DNA from: Octopus bimaculoides
Taxonomy: Eukaryota
Reading direction: 5' to 3'
NCBI RefSeq assembly: GCF_001194135.2
Contig: NC_068998.1
Location: 48,392,152 to 48,448,012 of the forward strand
DNA length: 55,861 bases
Numbering within the stretch: the stretch's first letter is position 1; each line of letters begins with the position of its first letter. The notes under the pieces were generated by a model. The model was given only the letters and a program-made list of their open reading frames with translations, made no database searches and was not told the origin of the DNA. The translations under genes and the position numbers were made by a program. This document shows, piece by piece, positions 1 to 13,286 of this stretch.

Positions 1-115
1 GATGGAGATCCAGCATTCACCAGTTCCATCCACATACATGGAGTTGCTTCATCGACAGATTACAAGCTTAGATTATACTGGACAAATACTTCTGGTTTGT
101 AGTCGTGTATGTATG

Positions 116-420
116 CAGTGGCGGACTGGCCAGGTTGCCAGCTTGTCCGATGGCAAGTGGGCCCCTGCGCCTCTAGAATCCATAGATGGGGGCCCGTGTT
201 AGTATCCAAGGGGCCCATCCCATCAAGTTTGAGAATATTTTATTCACTCCTGGAAGAATGTATTAATTATTTCAGCCTGGTTGTGTTTGTAGACAGTCAA
301 AAAGAATATTAGAAAAAACAAATTTAATGATAGCATTGTCGTTGCGGGTGGGCCCCCTTCTAGTTGCGGGTGGGCCCCCTTCTAGTTGCGGGTAGGCCCC
401 CTTGTAGTGGCGGGTGGGCC
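116..420 (+). mobile_element. hAT-like non-autonomous DNA transposon remnant with GGGCCC-rich subterminal repeats
   Basis: Begins CAGTGGCGGACTGGCC (hAT-like TIR start). It has multiple GGGCCC motifs and a 22-bp tandem unit GTTGCGGGTGGGCCCCCTTCTA x~3.6 at 341-420. The right TIR is degenerate and no TSD is seen. Confidence 0.5.
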
Positions 421-697
421 AAATACCACTTTAACTTCCTTAAGTAAGGAAGAATAGATTAGATGATGTATTCCTAAATAAATTGTGCTTAAGTGACATA
501 CAGGACATATGTTATTTTCTATAATTTTTCCTGTTTTAATCGTTAGATTGCTCCTATGCTGGGGATCTTACCTAGGACTAAACAGGTCTGAAACATGAAA
601 CGACCATTGGAGTGGTGGCCAGAAAGGAGAGGTGTATGTGTCAGAAAATTTAGACTTCTTCGAATTGACTCATGTATTTATTTTTTAAAAGTCTATC

Positions 698-790
698 TAT
701 TCTATCGGCCTAATTTGTCGAACTGCTAAGTTACGGGGACATAAACACACTAACCCAGGTTGTCAACGGGGATGGTGGACACACAAACAC
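698..790 (-). mobile_element. SINE family B 3' fragment
   Basis: TTCTATCGG...CTAAGTTACGGGGACATAAACAC...GGTTGTCAA matches the reverse complement of the full copy at 50044-50441. Confidence 0.7.
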
Positions 791-808
791 ACGCACACAC
801 ACATTTAT

Positions 809-839
<31 letters not shown>

Positions 840-908
840 AATATATACACACACCCACATATGTATATACACACACATACATACATATATGTTTGTATGC
901 ATGTGTAT

Positions 909-962
<54 letters not shown>

Positions 963-1652
963 GAGTTTCTGTATGTGTGTATTTGTATTTAGGTATACGC
1001 TTGTGTGTGTGCATATGTATGAGTATGTGGATATGTGTGTATGCATGTATATATGTACATNNNNNNNNNNNNNNNNNNNNNNNNNNNNNNNNNNNNNNNN
1101 NNNNNNNNNNNNNNNNNNNNNNNNNNNNNNNNNNNNNNNNNNNNNNNNNNNNNNNNNNNNNNNNNNNNNNNNNNNNNNNNNNNNNNNNNNNNNNNNNNNN
1201 NNNNNNNNNNNNNNNNNNNNNNNNNNNNNNNNNNNNNNNNNNNNNNNNNNNNNNNNNNNNNNNNNNNNNNNNNNNNNNNNNNNNNNNNNNNNNNNNNNNN
1301 NNNNNNNNNNNNNNNNNNNNNNNNNNNNNNNNNNNNNNNNNNNNNNNNNNNNNNNNNNNNNNNNNNNNNNNNNNNNNNNNNNNNNNNNNNNNNNNNNNNN
1401 NNNNNNNNNNNNNNNNNNNNNNNNNNNNNNNNNNNNNNNNNNNNNNNNNNNNNNNNNNNNNNNNNNNNNNNNNNNNNNNNNNNNNNNNNNNNNNNNNNNN
1501 NNNNNNNNNNNNNNNNNNNNNNNNNNNNNNNNNNNNNNNNNNNNNNNNNNNNNNNNNNNNNNNNNNNNNNNNNNNNNNNNNNNNNNNNNNNNNNNNNNNN
1601 NNNNNNNNNNNNNNNNNNNNNNNNNNNNNNNNNNNNNNNNNNNNNNNNNNNN

Positions 1653-2665
1653 ACCACTACTGCTATATACCACCACCATATCACCACCTCCAACATCACC
1701 ACTACCGCTACCACCATCGTCATCACCTGCAGCATCACTACCTCCTCCAAAACCACCACCCCTCCAACACCACTACAACCTGCAACACCATCGTCACTTC
1801 CATCACCAACATCATTTCCATCTTCACCCCCCCCCCACAAAGACTCTAACACCAACATCTATCCCATCATCACCCCTACCGACAACACTGACAGATGGAG
1901 TCCCTACGTGGTAATTCGATGTGCTAGAACTAGCAGCGAAATCTCCCTCAAATCACATTTTACAGTCTTAAAATTTTTAACTGAATGTATTCTTGGTTTC
2001 TGTTATTCATAGGGTAACGACGGGATAGTCACGGTTGTAATGCCTTTGATCATAAGTCCGTTCAGTCAGTTGTCCTAGGGCTAAACAACGAACACTATCA
2101 GACATTTGTTCCATTATCACTCTCCTGGCTGGATGACTCCCGCCACTGTTATCACCACAAGGTATCACCATCATCGCAACCCCCAGATACCAACACCACC
2201 AGCACAGCCTCCGTGTTTCAACCATCATGGCCACTATCACGACACCACCGTGACCGTCACACCGATGCCGCCACCAAGATCGCCAACACTGCGACCATGA
2301 TGCCTCTTGCTCCCGAAGCCCATCCACCGCCGCCGCCGCCACCACCACCCTAAAACTATCAATTAATCACCATCACCTTCATCACTATCATCAGCATCGC
2401 TATCATCACATTTCTCCCAACCGCCTTCACCTCCACCCCTATCACCTCCACCAGTGCCATAACCATCAATTAGAAGAAAAAATAGACGACGACGACGATG
2501 ATGATGATGATGATGATGATGATGGATGAAGAAGAGGGGAAGGAAGGAAGATGAACTAAAACAGAAATAAACAACAGCAACAACGGCGATGACGACGACG
2601 ACGACAACAACAACAACAATAACAACAACAACAACAACAACAACAACAGCAGCAGCAACAGCAAC
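1653..2665. repeat. Low-complexity CAC/CAT/GAT/AAC trinucleotide region
   Basis: Degenerate (CAC/CAT)n followed by (GAC)(GAT)(AAC)n runs. It produces spurious His/Thr/Leu ORFs. Confidence 0.85.
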
Positions 2666-2754
2666 ATCAAGTCATTTATTTAATAAAGTGCAAACGACAA
2701 GTCCATCAGTCCATAAATATGTCGACATTCATCCATTTTGTCTGCTACTGCCGA

Positions 2755-2835
2755 CAGCCACCGCCATCTGCCGGTAAAAAGACGTTCAGATGATAAAGCG
2801 GAAGTGTAAAAAGAGAAAAAAAAAATGGCGGCTTG
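2755..2835. promoter_or_regulatory. Candidate (bidirectional) promoter: opposed YY1-like motifs flanking an ETS motif
   Basis: CCGCCATCT at 2761-2769 (AGATGGCGG on minus), GCGGAAGTG at 2798-2806 and AAAATGGCGGC at 2822-2832, in a locally CpG-containing patch. Confidence 0.35.
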
Positions 2836-5156
2836 TGGGTTTGGGTTGGGACGTTTGCGATTGCTTTCACTTGTGTTGTTTTAACTGCAGGAACAATACA
2901 AACAATCAAATCTACACAGATTGGCCATCTTGCTAACTTTTCTATCAATCTTCTATTTATTTCAATCTTTTTTCTTTCTTCCTCATTCACTTATTTATCT
3001 CGTTACTTATTTACACTTATTTCATTCAGACATTTTTCTCTTTCAGTCATTGTTGGTTTTTCACGCTTATTCGGTTTTCATTCATTTTCTTCTTTCTTTT
3101 TTTTCTTCTCTGTTTTCAGTCTTTCCTTCGCTGCTTGTTTCTTCTGGGCCTTTTTTTTTTTACTGTTTGTTTGTTTTGCTTCCTTTTTTATTCTTTCTAA
3201 TTTTTCATCTCATCTTTGCTTTTCCATCTTTTTTTTTTGTTACAGATTCTTTTGTTTTCGTCATTTACATCTTTCTTTTTGTCGAGGTTGTGAAGGTGTC
3301 GAGATAATCTCCAACTAAATAAGTCCGTCAAACACAGTTTCGAGTTCCTGTTAGACAGATCTCATTCTCTAAAACATTAATATTCTTTGAGAAAAGCATG
3401 AGCAACACAACACTCATTGAAATTTCAAGTGCATTTTCTTATCCTAAATAAGCAAATGATGCATGTTCCAAAGCCTTTCTTCTCCACAAACCTCAACAAT
3501 CTACAAAACCATAGATAAAATATAAATCTAGAAATTTTATTGAATTTGACATTATAGATTGAGATTAATTATTGTGACATCATTACCCTAGTATTGTGAT
3601 TCTCATTCAAGGTTAGACTTTAAATTGCATCCAGTTGTAAAGTCCTGTTCTGGAGTTCCATGGTCCTGTTGTGTTGTGAGGAATTATCTCTTAGCTAGTA
3701 TTGTTTGCATGTCTACTCAGACCCAGAGTAGGAGTAGCCGTCAAGGTCCCAGTTTTGGGTTAATTAGCACATTAGCGCTTGAGTACCTATGCTTGTGAAG
3801 ACTGGATTCGGTGGATTCTGAGGAAGAAACTTTCGTGATTCAGCGGAGGGAAAGATGGCAGCAGCAATGCATTGTGGGATTCAGAGAGCAAGATGAGACA
3901 AGTAAGACATCTTGGTCATCCACTGCATCTGTTTCTTTCCCCCAATCGTCTTGACTTCGTCTTGCAACCAGAGATGGTCACAGACGAGAGAGTGGAGTTG
4001 ATGGTACGCAAATTTTCTTCCCTTTAAATAAAGTCACAGCACAAGCCGTCAGTCATCCTTACGGATGACTGAACGGTCCTCGTCACTCCGACGGACGAAC
4101 AAAATGGTGATTCAAATGACTTTGGTGACACAGCTGTTCCGGTACCAAACGTATGTGACTCCATTAACTATTATTGAGTAACTGGTGAGTCTCCAAAGCT
4201 GTTGTAACGTCGATAACTATTGTGACACTAATAATTGTTGTAAGAAGACTAACTGTTATTAACAATATTGCTGTAACATCTAAACTTGTGACATGACGAG
4301 TTTTGTATATAGTAAGGTTGTAAAGTGCTAGAATATGTAGAGGCACAGACGTTCTGAGTTCAAACCATGCTCTGATCAATTTTGTTTTATCATCAATATA
4401 TTATTGTGGTGTACATCTAATCAACTGTGCCCCGTATTTAGAACCTGAAAATCGTCAATTCTTTATAGCCATATTTTACAAACTAAGACCGAGAATGGAA
4501 TGTTTTCTTTCCACGGATAAACCTAATCTGTTTCCCCTTTTTACAGTATGACATTTCTGTGATACACGATCCCTATTGATCGCCCCCCCCCCCACTTTTT
4601 TAACGATCCCTTTTTATCGAATTTCTGCCCTCCCTTCCTTTTTTCTCTTTTCCTTCTCTTCCTAAAAAGAAAAGCTCTACTTTACATTTTGTGTGGCCAA
4701 TATAGAAAGTTATCTATCTATCTATCTAACTATCTACATATTCAGTTTATTTCAAGATTTCTTGCCAATAGAGAAAGAACCGGTTTCTAACCTAGATCCA
4801 AGGCTCCTTCATTGGAATTTCAACATCAACAACAGGGTATGTTTGTATGTATGTATGCATGTGCAGATCTGCATGTTTTATGTATGCATTCTCATGCATA
4901 TAGTTGCATCTCTAGACATGCTCATATATATATTTAAATTATAAACTTCTGGAAATTTTTACAGATTTTCAGTTCCACTGATAGATTGGATCTGTAGTCT
5001 TCGAATTAGCTTTCTGCTTTCTGGTTTTGAGAAGCCTAATTTCTCAAGATTGGTATGTACGTATGTATGTATGTATGTATGTATGTATGTATGGATGGAT
5101 GGATGGATGGATGGATGTGTGTGTATGTATGTATGTATGTATGTATGTATGTATGG

Positions 5157-5350
5157 GTCTCCTTGCCATCACTTGACAACTGATGTTGATGTGTTTATGT
5201 CCCCCGTAACCTAACGGTTTAGCTGAAGAGATTGATAAAATAAATACTAGGCTTACAAAGAATAAGTCATGGGGTCAATTTCTTTGACTAACCCCTAAAG
5301 GTGGTGCTGCAGCATGGCTACAGTCAAATAACTGAAGCAAGTAAAAGAAA
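5157..5350 (+). mobile_element. SINE family B 3' half
   Basis: CCATCACTTGACAAC...CCCCGTAAC...GGCTTACAAAGAATAAG...CAGCATGGCTACAGTCAAAT...GTAAAAGA, preceded by an expanded (GTAT)n/(GGAT)n tract. Confidence 0.85.
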
Positions 5351-5362
5351 GTATAATACACA

Positions 5363-5400
<38 letters not shown>

Positions 5401-5536
5401 AATGTATTCCCTTTGCAAATGAAAACGGAAAAGAACTTCTGTAGGTAGGGTGGGGGTAGGGATGTAAGGATTCCGCCGATTGAGGATAGATATATGAGAG
5501 GGAGGGCCGTGAAGGAGCAGAAGATGAGGGTGGCAC

Positions 5537-5567
<31 letters not shown>

Positions 5568-5806
5568 TGTGTGTGTGTGTGTGCGCGTGTGTGCGNNNNN
5601 NNNNNGTGTGTGTGTATGTGTGTGTGTGTGTGTGTGTGCGCGTGTGTGCGTGCGCGTGCGTGTGTGTGCGTTTGCTATGTACGTGAAGCGTGAAACGCTT
5701 TGTTGATTGTCACGTACGAATGATAAAGCTTCGGGATGGGGAGATTGAATGTAATATGGAAATGAATGGGCGTGGGAGGGGGTAGAAGGAAGGAAGAAAG
5801 AAAGAC

Positions 5807-5841
<35 letters not shown>

Positions 5842-5955
5842 ACCAGTGAATGGAATGGAGAAATACGAAATTTTTTTTAATGATGAAAGAGGGAAATGAA
5901 CAAACGAAAGAATGAAGATTAGAATATTTTAATGCCGTGACAGGTCGAGGAATAC

Positions 5956-5986
<31 letters not shown>

Positions 5987-7754
5987 CATACATACATACA
6001 TACATACATGAATACATATATATATGCATGTATGGATATGTGTGTATGTATACACACATGCATATGTACCTATATATGTATGAATATGAATAAATGAATA
6101 TCTATGTGTGAATACGTGCGTATATATATATATCTACATACATATCCATATATACATACACAGTTTTATAAATAATACACATATATATGTACATATGTCC
6201 GTATATTTGCATATTCGTACATACACGCTTATATATATATACATTCATATAAGAAATTTAGTCTACCCTCGTCTTCTAATCCGAAATTGTTTTGCTTCAG
6301 GACAGATTATATATATATATATAAGATNNNNNNNNNNNNNNNNNNNNNNNNNNNNNNNNNNNNNNNNNNNNNNNNNNNNNNNNNNNNNNNNNNNNNNNNN
6401 NNNNNNNNNNNNNNNNNNNNNNNNNNNNNNNNNNNNNNNNNNNNNNNNNNNNNNNNNNNNNNNNNNNNNNNNNNNNNNNNNNNNNNNNNNNNNNNNNNNN
6501 NNNNNNNNNNNNNNNNNNNNNNNNNNNNNNNNNNNNNNNNNNNNNNNNNNNNNNNNNNNNNNNNNNNNNNNNNNNNNNNNNNNNNNNNNNNNNNNNNNNN
6601 NNNNNNNNNNNNNNNNNNNNNNNNNNNNNNNNNNNNNNNNNNNNNNNNNNNNNNNNNNNNNNNNNNNNNNNNNNNNNNNNNNNNNNNNNNNNNNNNNNNN
6701 NNNNNNNNNNNNNNNNNNNNNNNNNNNNNNNNNNNNNNNNNNNNNNNNNNNNNNNNNNNNNNNNNNNNNNNNNNNNNNNNNNNNNNNNNNNNNNNNNNNN
6801 NNNNNNNNNNNNNNNNNNNNNNNNNNNNNNNNNNNNNNNNNNNNNNNNNNNNNNNNNNNNNNNNNNNNNNNNNNNNNNNNNNNNNNNNNNNNNNNNNNNN
6901 NNNNNNNNNNNNNNNNNNNNNNNNNNNNNNNNNNNNNNNNNNNNNNNNNNNNNNNNNNNNNNNNNNNNNNNNNNNNNNNNNNNNNCCAAAATATATGTTT
7001 GATGGTTTGTTTGTTTGTATGTATTATGTATGCAACGAAGAGGTGAACAGGCAACGAAAGCCAATGTATTGCGTGGTGAAGAGAATATAGACGTTTCATC
7101 CAATTGTCTTTTGTCAAAATAAATGTCTTTTACACACCACGCATATTCATTATATCTTAATCACTTCAATTTTTTGTTTTGTTTCTGCTTCTTACATCTA
7201 CATCCTGTTATAATAATTCAACTAATATTTTATATCATTACTGGAACAAATCAATTCCATACACTAAATAAGCTAAATATTCCTTTGTTACATATATATA
7301 GACACGCAATTTCATAAACAACCTTTCTCACCAATTAAATTCCCCTACTGTCATCTTCTCCCCTCACTCTCTCTCCCTCTGATGCGCACGCAAACACTCA
7401 CTCAGAGACCCACCCACACGTATATGCGAGTTTACTTCGTCAACATCTTGCACGCTTAATACCTTCAGGGTATTTTTCACATAGCCCTTTGCCTGGCTCG
7501 CTCTTCTTTGCTGGAAACCACTAACTCTTGCTTACTTGTCTGCTTCTACCTCGATAACTGTTCATACGTCACTTTTCGATCGTATTCATTTTTTTTCTAC
7601 CTTCTTTTCTCTCTATCTATTTTGACAAAGTAGAATTAACCGAAACGTCAAAATGACTTCCTTCTTTACACAACATAATACGTTGACTTTGTACTCTCGT
7701 TTATCATTGTTCTGTTGTCTTTGCATTTACGTGAAATTTACCCGAAATACCTGG

Positions 7755-7793
<39 letters not shown>

Positions 7794-8170
7794 TTAACAT
7801 CCTCCCGACAGTGTCAGACATCGAGAAGAATGATGACAAATGCTGTCTCCCTCGTCCGCATCTGAACCAGAGAGAACGCGAGAGACAGACATGCAGGCAG
7901 ATAGGCAAGCAGAGGGCAGACGCTGAGAGTGGAAGTGGGAGGTTAGACATCGTGTTTTGTGAAAAGATTAATGTTAATTTGATATGTGAAAAGGAAGTCG
8001 TTGTTTAGCCCCAGGTCATGTTGATCGAGTTGACTTAAGATGAAGGCATTCCACCCATGAACATCTCGACTTCTTCCTAATGTAATATAACCCAAGTCTA
8101 TATTATCTACTATAACCTTTTTCCAAGACGTTAGGTTATAATTTGAGCAAAATTTGATGGNNNNNNNNNN

Positions 8171-8228
<58 letters not shown>

Positions 8229-8354
8229 CAGAGAGAGACAGAGAGAGGGAGGGAAACAGACAGAAACAGACCAACACAGACAGACAGACAGAAACAGACC
8301 AACACAGACAGACAGACAGATAGACAAACATATATATATATGTTTGTGTGTCTG

Positions 8355-8555
8355 TTTGTCTCCCTCATCCACTATCGCTTGACAACCGATGTTGGTGTGT
8401 CTACGTCCCCGTAACATAGCGGTTCGGCAAAAGAGCCCGATAGAATAAGTACTAAGCTTACAAAGAATAAGCACTGGGGTCGATTTGTTCGACTAAAGGC
8501 GGTGCTCCTGCATGGCCGCAGTCAAATGAAAGAAGCATGTAAACCAATAAAAGAA
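8355..8555 (+). mobile_element. SINE family B 3' half
   Basis: CGCTTGACAACCGATGTTGGTGTGT...TACAAAGAATAAG...GGCGGTGCTCCTGCATGGCCGCAGTCAAATG matches 50260-50441. Confidence 0.9.
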
Positions 8556-8727
8556 TATATATATATGATGTGTATGATTATGTGATGGGGGGATCATGTA
8601 TGTATATATTGATGTGTGTGCATATGTTATATGTGTATGTATGCATGTGTTTCTACGTTTGTGTGAATGTGTATGTGTTTGTGGGCGTATATGTATGTAT
8701 GTATTTATGTGTGTGTGAGTGTTTGTA

Positions 8728-8760
<33 letters not shown>

Positions 8761-9619
8761 NNNNNNNNNNNNNNNNNNNNNNNNNNNNNNNNNNNNNNNN
8801 NNNNNNNNNNNNNNNNNNNNNNNNNNNNNNNNNNNNNNNNNNNNNNNNNNNNNNNNNNNNNNNNNNNNNNNNNNNNNNNNNNNNNNNNNNNNNNNNNNNN
8901 NNNNNNNNNNNNNNNNNNNNNNNNNNNNNNNNNNNNNNNNNNNNNNNNNNNNNNNNNNNNNNNNNNNNNNNNNNNNNNNNNNNNNNNNNNNNNNNNNNNN
9001 NNNNNNNNNNNNNNNNNNNNNNNNNNNNNNNNNNNNNNNNNNNNNNNNNNNNNNNNNNNNNNNNNNNNNNNNCTTCTCAGTTGTCAACAGCTTCCCCGCT
9101 TCTTTTTTTTACTTTTCTTTTTCTGTTTTTTTTTAATCTTTTTTTTTATGTGTATGTGTATGTTTGGCCCCAGTCAAACGCTGTTGACAGATGATCCTCG
9201 CAGAAAAGACAAGTGGGTGGATTTCACGCCGGTGGGGACCCCTCTATAAGCTTATTCCACTCTAACCCCTTCACTCCTTTTATCTCATTATGTCTTACTT
9301 TCTTTGTTTGGCTACCTTTACTTCTTGTTTTTTTAGTTTAATGATACCAATTAACAGCGGATCGTTTTTTTTTTAACCCCTATATTTTCCCTTTTTCTTT
9401 TTTGTTTTCTTTGAATAAATGATAGCTGTTTTGAGCCTTTTTTATTTTCTTTGTAAGAGAAGCTAAAGGTGTGCTTGAATAGAACCCGTTGGTGGAAAAT
9501 GAGCTTTTCTTTTTATTGTTTTGTAAAGCGGTGAAGAGGTTTTCAATAGAAACTGCGAAAAGTTAAATATGTGCCCACACGGACGCACGCACACACACAC
9601 ATACTTATAAAGATAAGAA

Positions 9620-9966
9620 GGTAAAGACCCCTCCCGTTGATCATAAATGACCATGGGCTTCCACCTAAAAAGTTTCTTTCCGAGGCGCAAGTCCGAGCAA
9701 CGTTGTCTTGTGCAAGACCAATAGTCGCCCATGCCTACCAGCCTCCCCTCTACACGCCACTGATGTTATCCAAGGGAAAGGTAAAGGCCGATACAGAGCT
9801 TGGCTGCCAGTAATGTCGCAACTTATATCTAGAGTTAAGTGAACTGGAGAAACGTAAAATAAAGTGTGTTGCTCAAGAACACAACTTACAGCTCGATCCG
9901 GGAATCGAACTCACTACCTCATGATTGTCAACCCGACGCTCTAACCACTGAGCTATGCGCCTTCAC
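9620..9966 (-). mobile_element. tRNA-derived SINE family D, near full length
   Basis: On minus: GTGAAGGCGCATAGCTCAGTGGTTAGAGCG (box A) ... GAGTTCGATTCCC (box B), then a CORE-like TGTGTTCTTGAGCAACACACTT, ending GGGGTCTTTACC. Confidence 0.85.
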
Positions 9967-10147
9967 ATACACACATATATACGTACAAACACAGGGTGAA
10001 CGTAAAGATTGGATACTAAAGCGGTTTTTGGTGGAGTGGCTAGCAAAATCCTTAGCTGTTGCCGCTGCTTTCGTATCATAGATTGCATCCGGTCATCCGA
10101 ATCGGGATTTGTCCCAAGACCTGCTTGCTTCTTTGTACCTGTTTTCC

Positions 10148-10184
<37 letters not shown>

Positions 10185-10469
10185 CACACATGCAATAAAA
10201 GAATACATATATGTGTGTGTGTATTGTTATTTCCCGTGACTTTTCGTGTTTTAATCCAAAATAGAGACGAACAATTTTTCTGTGATTGGCTCGAATAATT
10301 GTGGAGATTTTACTTAACGTGAAACCAATGGTAGCCTTATTACGCAAATAAAGAATCTTTAACCACCAATGCGGTATTGAACACTCATTCTCACAGTTCA
10401 ATATTTACGTACACACACACACGCACACTCTTCTGGTTTAAAAGCGGCAAGATATATGTGTGCCAGCGC

Positions 10470-10517
<48 letters not shown>

Positions 10518-11009
10518 CAGTTGCTATTTCTAGCAAGTCGAACGACCTCACAAAAATTCTGTGTTTGACGTTGCGTGTCTGCGTGCGTGCGTGTGCGCGG
10601 ATATGTATGCGTGTGTATGCATATGTGTGAGCGTGTGTGATTGTTGCGTGTAAAATTAATGTGAATAGTTTGCCGAAAGAAAATAATTAGGTCGTAAATT
10701 GTCCGGTATAGACAAGTATATAAGAGAGACGTCTCAATTAAAAGGTGGTGTGTATAAACCTGTTAGGGAATGTTATTCACTTGCAGCCAGCCATGACCAA
10801 GCGAATAGTTTGTATTTGGAAATAAGATCCTTTTCATAGCCTTTCATAGAAAACATATATAACAATGAATATGATAATGATGATGATGATGATGATGATA
10901 TTTTCTGTATTAGCCGCAGGGACATGACAATTTCTTTTTAATAAAAAAAATTATTATTATTATTATTATTATGGTTGTTGTTGTTGTTAATAATGATAAT
11001 AATAATGAT

Positions 11010-11223
11010 ATCCTTTCTACTGAAGGCGCAAGGCCTGAAATTTAGGAGTAGGGGACTAGTCGATTGAATCGAGCTCAGTATATCACTGGTACTTAGTTTA
11101 TCGACCCCGAAAGGATGAAAGGCGAAGTCGATCTCGGTGGAATCTGAACCCAGAACGTGAAGACGGACGAAATACCGCTAAGCATTTCGCCCAGCGTGCT
11201 AACGACTCTGCCAGCTCGCCGCC

Positions 11224-11225
<2 letters not shown>
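11010..11225 (-). mobile_element. SINE family A (OR1-like, Deu/Nin-type core), tail type 2
   Basis: Reverse complement of GGCGGCGAGCTGGCAGA...TTCGCCTTTCATCCTTTCGGGGTCGATAAA...AGGCCTTGCGCC...GTAGAAAGGAT, flanked by (AAT)n on both sides. The family name is from memory. Confidence 0.9.
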
Positions 11226-11294
<69 letters not shown>

Positions 11295-11642
11295 TTATGC
11301 CCGGATGCAGTACCAGGCAGTGGCTCTCATGGCTTCTGATCTTAACTGATTGCAAGTGTTATCTTGTACATGTTTTGTCTTGGTATAAAACAACTACATT
11401 TTAAACAAAAAAAAATACGTTTTAACCTAAGAAACGTGACCTTGTAAAGTACGCCATTCTCTCTTCAGTGCTTGTAGGTGACTGAAGCTACGATGATGCA
11501 GGCAACCCTTTGCATAGCTAAAGCGGCTTAAACCTTGCCAGATGCTTTTTTGTTTTTGTTTTTTTAATTACACCTGTTCGTTATACTGTTTACATTAGAT
11601 TGGATACCTTGTTGGAATGAATGATCGGAGGATCCCTTAGCA

Positions 11643-11927
11643 CAGGGGTTGTCAAACTTTTTGACTTGCTGATCCCTTTAGATTTCAGACTTTACCTTAT
11701 AAACGGTTATGAAATTTATACAAAAATATTTGCTTAAAATAACATATATTTTTACATTTATTTATTTAACAGTATTTAACAAATAGGTTTATTGTCAATT
11801 AAAAGATTTTGATTAAAAAACATATATAAAATCAAATTGCCCATAAAAAGTATTTGCTGTTCACGGACCCTCTGTCTCGTCCTTGCGGACCCCCTGTGGT
11901 CCGCGGACCACAGTTTGAAAACCCCTG
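11643..11927. mobile_element. hAT (Charlie-like) MITE, 285 bp, with perfect 8-bp TSD
   Basis: TIRs CAGGGGTTGTCAAACT / AGTTTGAAAACCCCTG. TSD CCTTAGCA at 11635-11642 and 11928-11935. Confidence 0.9.
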
Positions 11928-12336
11928 CCTTAGCAGATGCTGTATAGCGAACTCGTTCCGGGAAAGCGCACCAAGTATGGCAATTAATAGTAATAAAATA
12001 ATAATAATAATAAACTATAGTTAAATTTGGGCATAATGGTAAAATGCAGTGATCGATTTTGTGAAGAGACTGTATGGGATAGGATAATTTCATTGTAATT
12101 TTTGAAAATCAGTAGGCAGAAATTGATCAATTTCACCCAATAAATGTGAAACAATTATTTTGGTCGTAGACCTGTGTTATTGTCTCCTTCGATTATTGAA
12201 ATATCGATTATTGACATTCTGTTGATTGTTCTTCAACTTTTCTGACTCTCCTCTGTGTGTGTGTGTGTGTGTGTGTGTTTAAATCCCTGATGCTCCTGTA
12301 TGTGTGTGTGTTTGTGTATAAAACACTGACAGGCTT

Positions 12337-12391
<55 letters not shown>

Positions 12392-12464
12392 TGTGTGTGT
12401 CTGTGCATGTAGATGTGTGAATGTATGGATAAGTGGATCTTTGTATTGATGAACGAATATATTT

Positions 12465-13130
12465 TACGTATACTTGTTCTTTGATCCTAATAACAGAGTC
12501 TCAGGACTATTCAAATATGTTCACTTGAATTTTTGTCAACGATATCAGGTCCTTTACTTTTTCATGTTTGCATTGCATGGTGAAATCCAAAAGAATTTTG
12601 ATGTCTTTAGACTCATTTATACTCGGAAGCTGGTATTCAAGCCATTTCTTTGTTCTTCTTAATTTATATTTCCCACGTAATTCTCTGTGGACATTTTCAG
12701 TGACATTATCATGTCTTCTTTTGCATTCCTTCTCATCTAATTTAATTTCCTGCGTTCACTTATCAAACGCATAACACTTACAGACTTTTCTCAGACGTTC
12801 TCCATATTGGAGATTCAGTGGTTTTTCTCTCAATGGAATTCCATGTAGGTTCTACCCATGACCTCTGCTTGTATTGCAAACATCAATGTTGCTGCCTTCT
12901 GGACTTGATATCTCTATCAATCACCATTATTCATTCTCTTATTAATCTTCACACACAAAAAAAAAAAAACGTATATACATTTTCTTTTATTGGCAAACCT
13001 TCTCTGTTTTTCCAAGACATCCTGTCTTCAATTCTCCTGGTGCCATACATTCTTCGCTTTTGACTATTCCATCCTTCTTAATCTCCTTTTCCAACATCAG
13101 TTCCACACAATTCTTCACCTACCATTCTAT
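12465..13130 (-). mobile_element. Decayed R4/Dong-like RLE non-LTR retrotransposon, C-terminal ORF fragment
   Basis: Minus translation with frameshifts/stops: TLMFAIQAEVM..TY, KTTESP, ISE.RKL, KECKRRHDNVTENVHRELRGKY..KKWLE..INESKDIKILLDFTMQ, GPDIVDK, P*DSVIRIKEQ..KY. This follows the zinc-knuckle/RHD/KILWDF/RPDIV motif order of R4-clade ORFs. Confidence 0.75.
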
Positions 13131-13286
13131 AGTATTTCCCCACAATCTATATACTTATTTCAGAACTATTTACCTCACACGCACAGACCTTCCATTATTA
13201 TAATGTGTATAAAAAAACTACCAACATCATATTTCAGATGTTATGTTCCAGATATGGCAATTGCGTTAACCATGGAACCTTTAAAG

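Noticed and set aside
2833-3318. 161-aa Phe/Ser-rich ORF that looks like a membrane protein
   Set aside because: It arises from a T-rich low-complexity tract with a GTG start and has no family motif.
7790-7861. Minus acceptor at 7861 (DADEGDSICHHSSRCLTLSGGC*)
   Set aside because: No convincing donor, it is short, and it is embedded in microsatellites.
9900-9966. tRNA-like A/B boxes here and at other SINE heads
   Set aside because: They continue into SINE bodies and lack a complete cloverleaf and terminator, so they are not tRNA genes.
9963-10239. Overlapping ORFs (GTKKQAGLGTNPDSDD...; SKILSCCRCF...)
   Set aside because: No usable splice acceptors, and the ORFs are padded by TA repeats.
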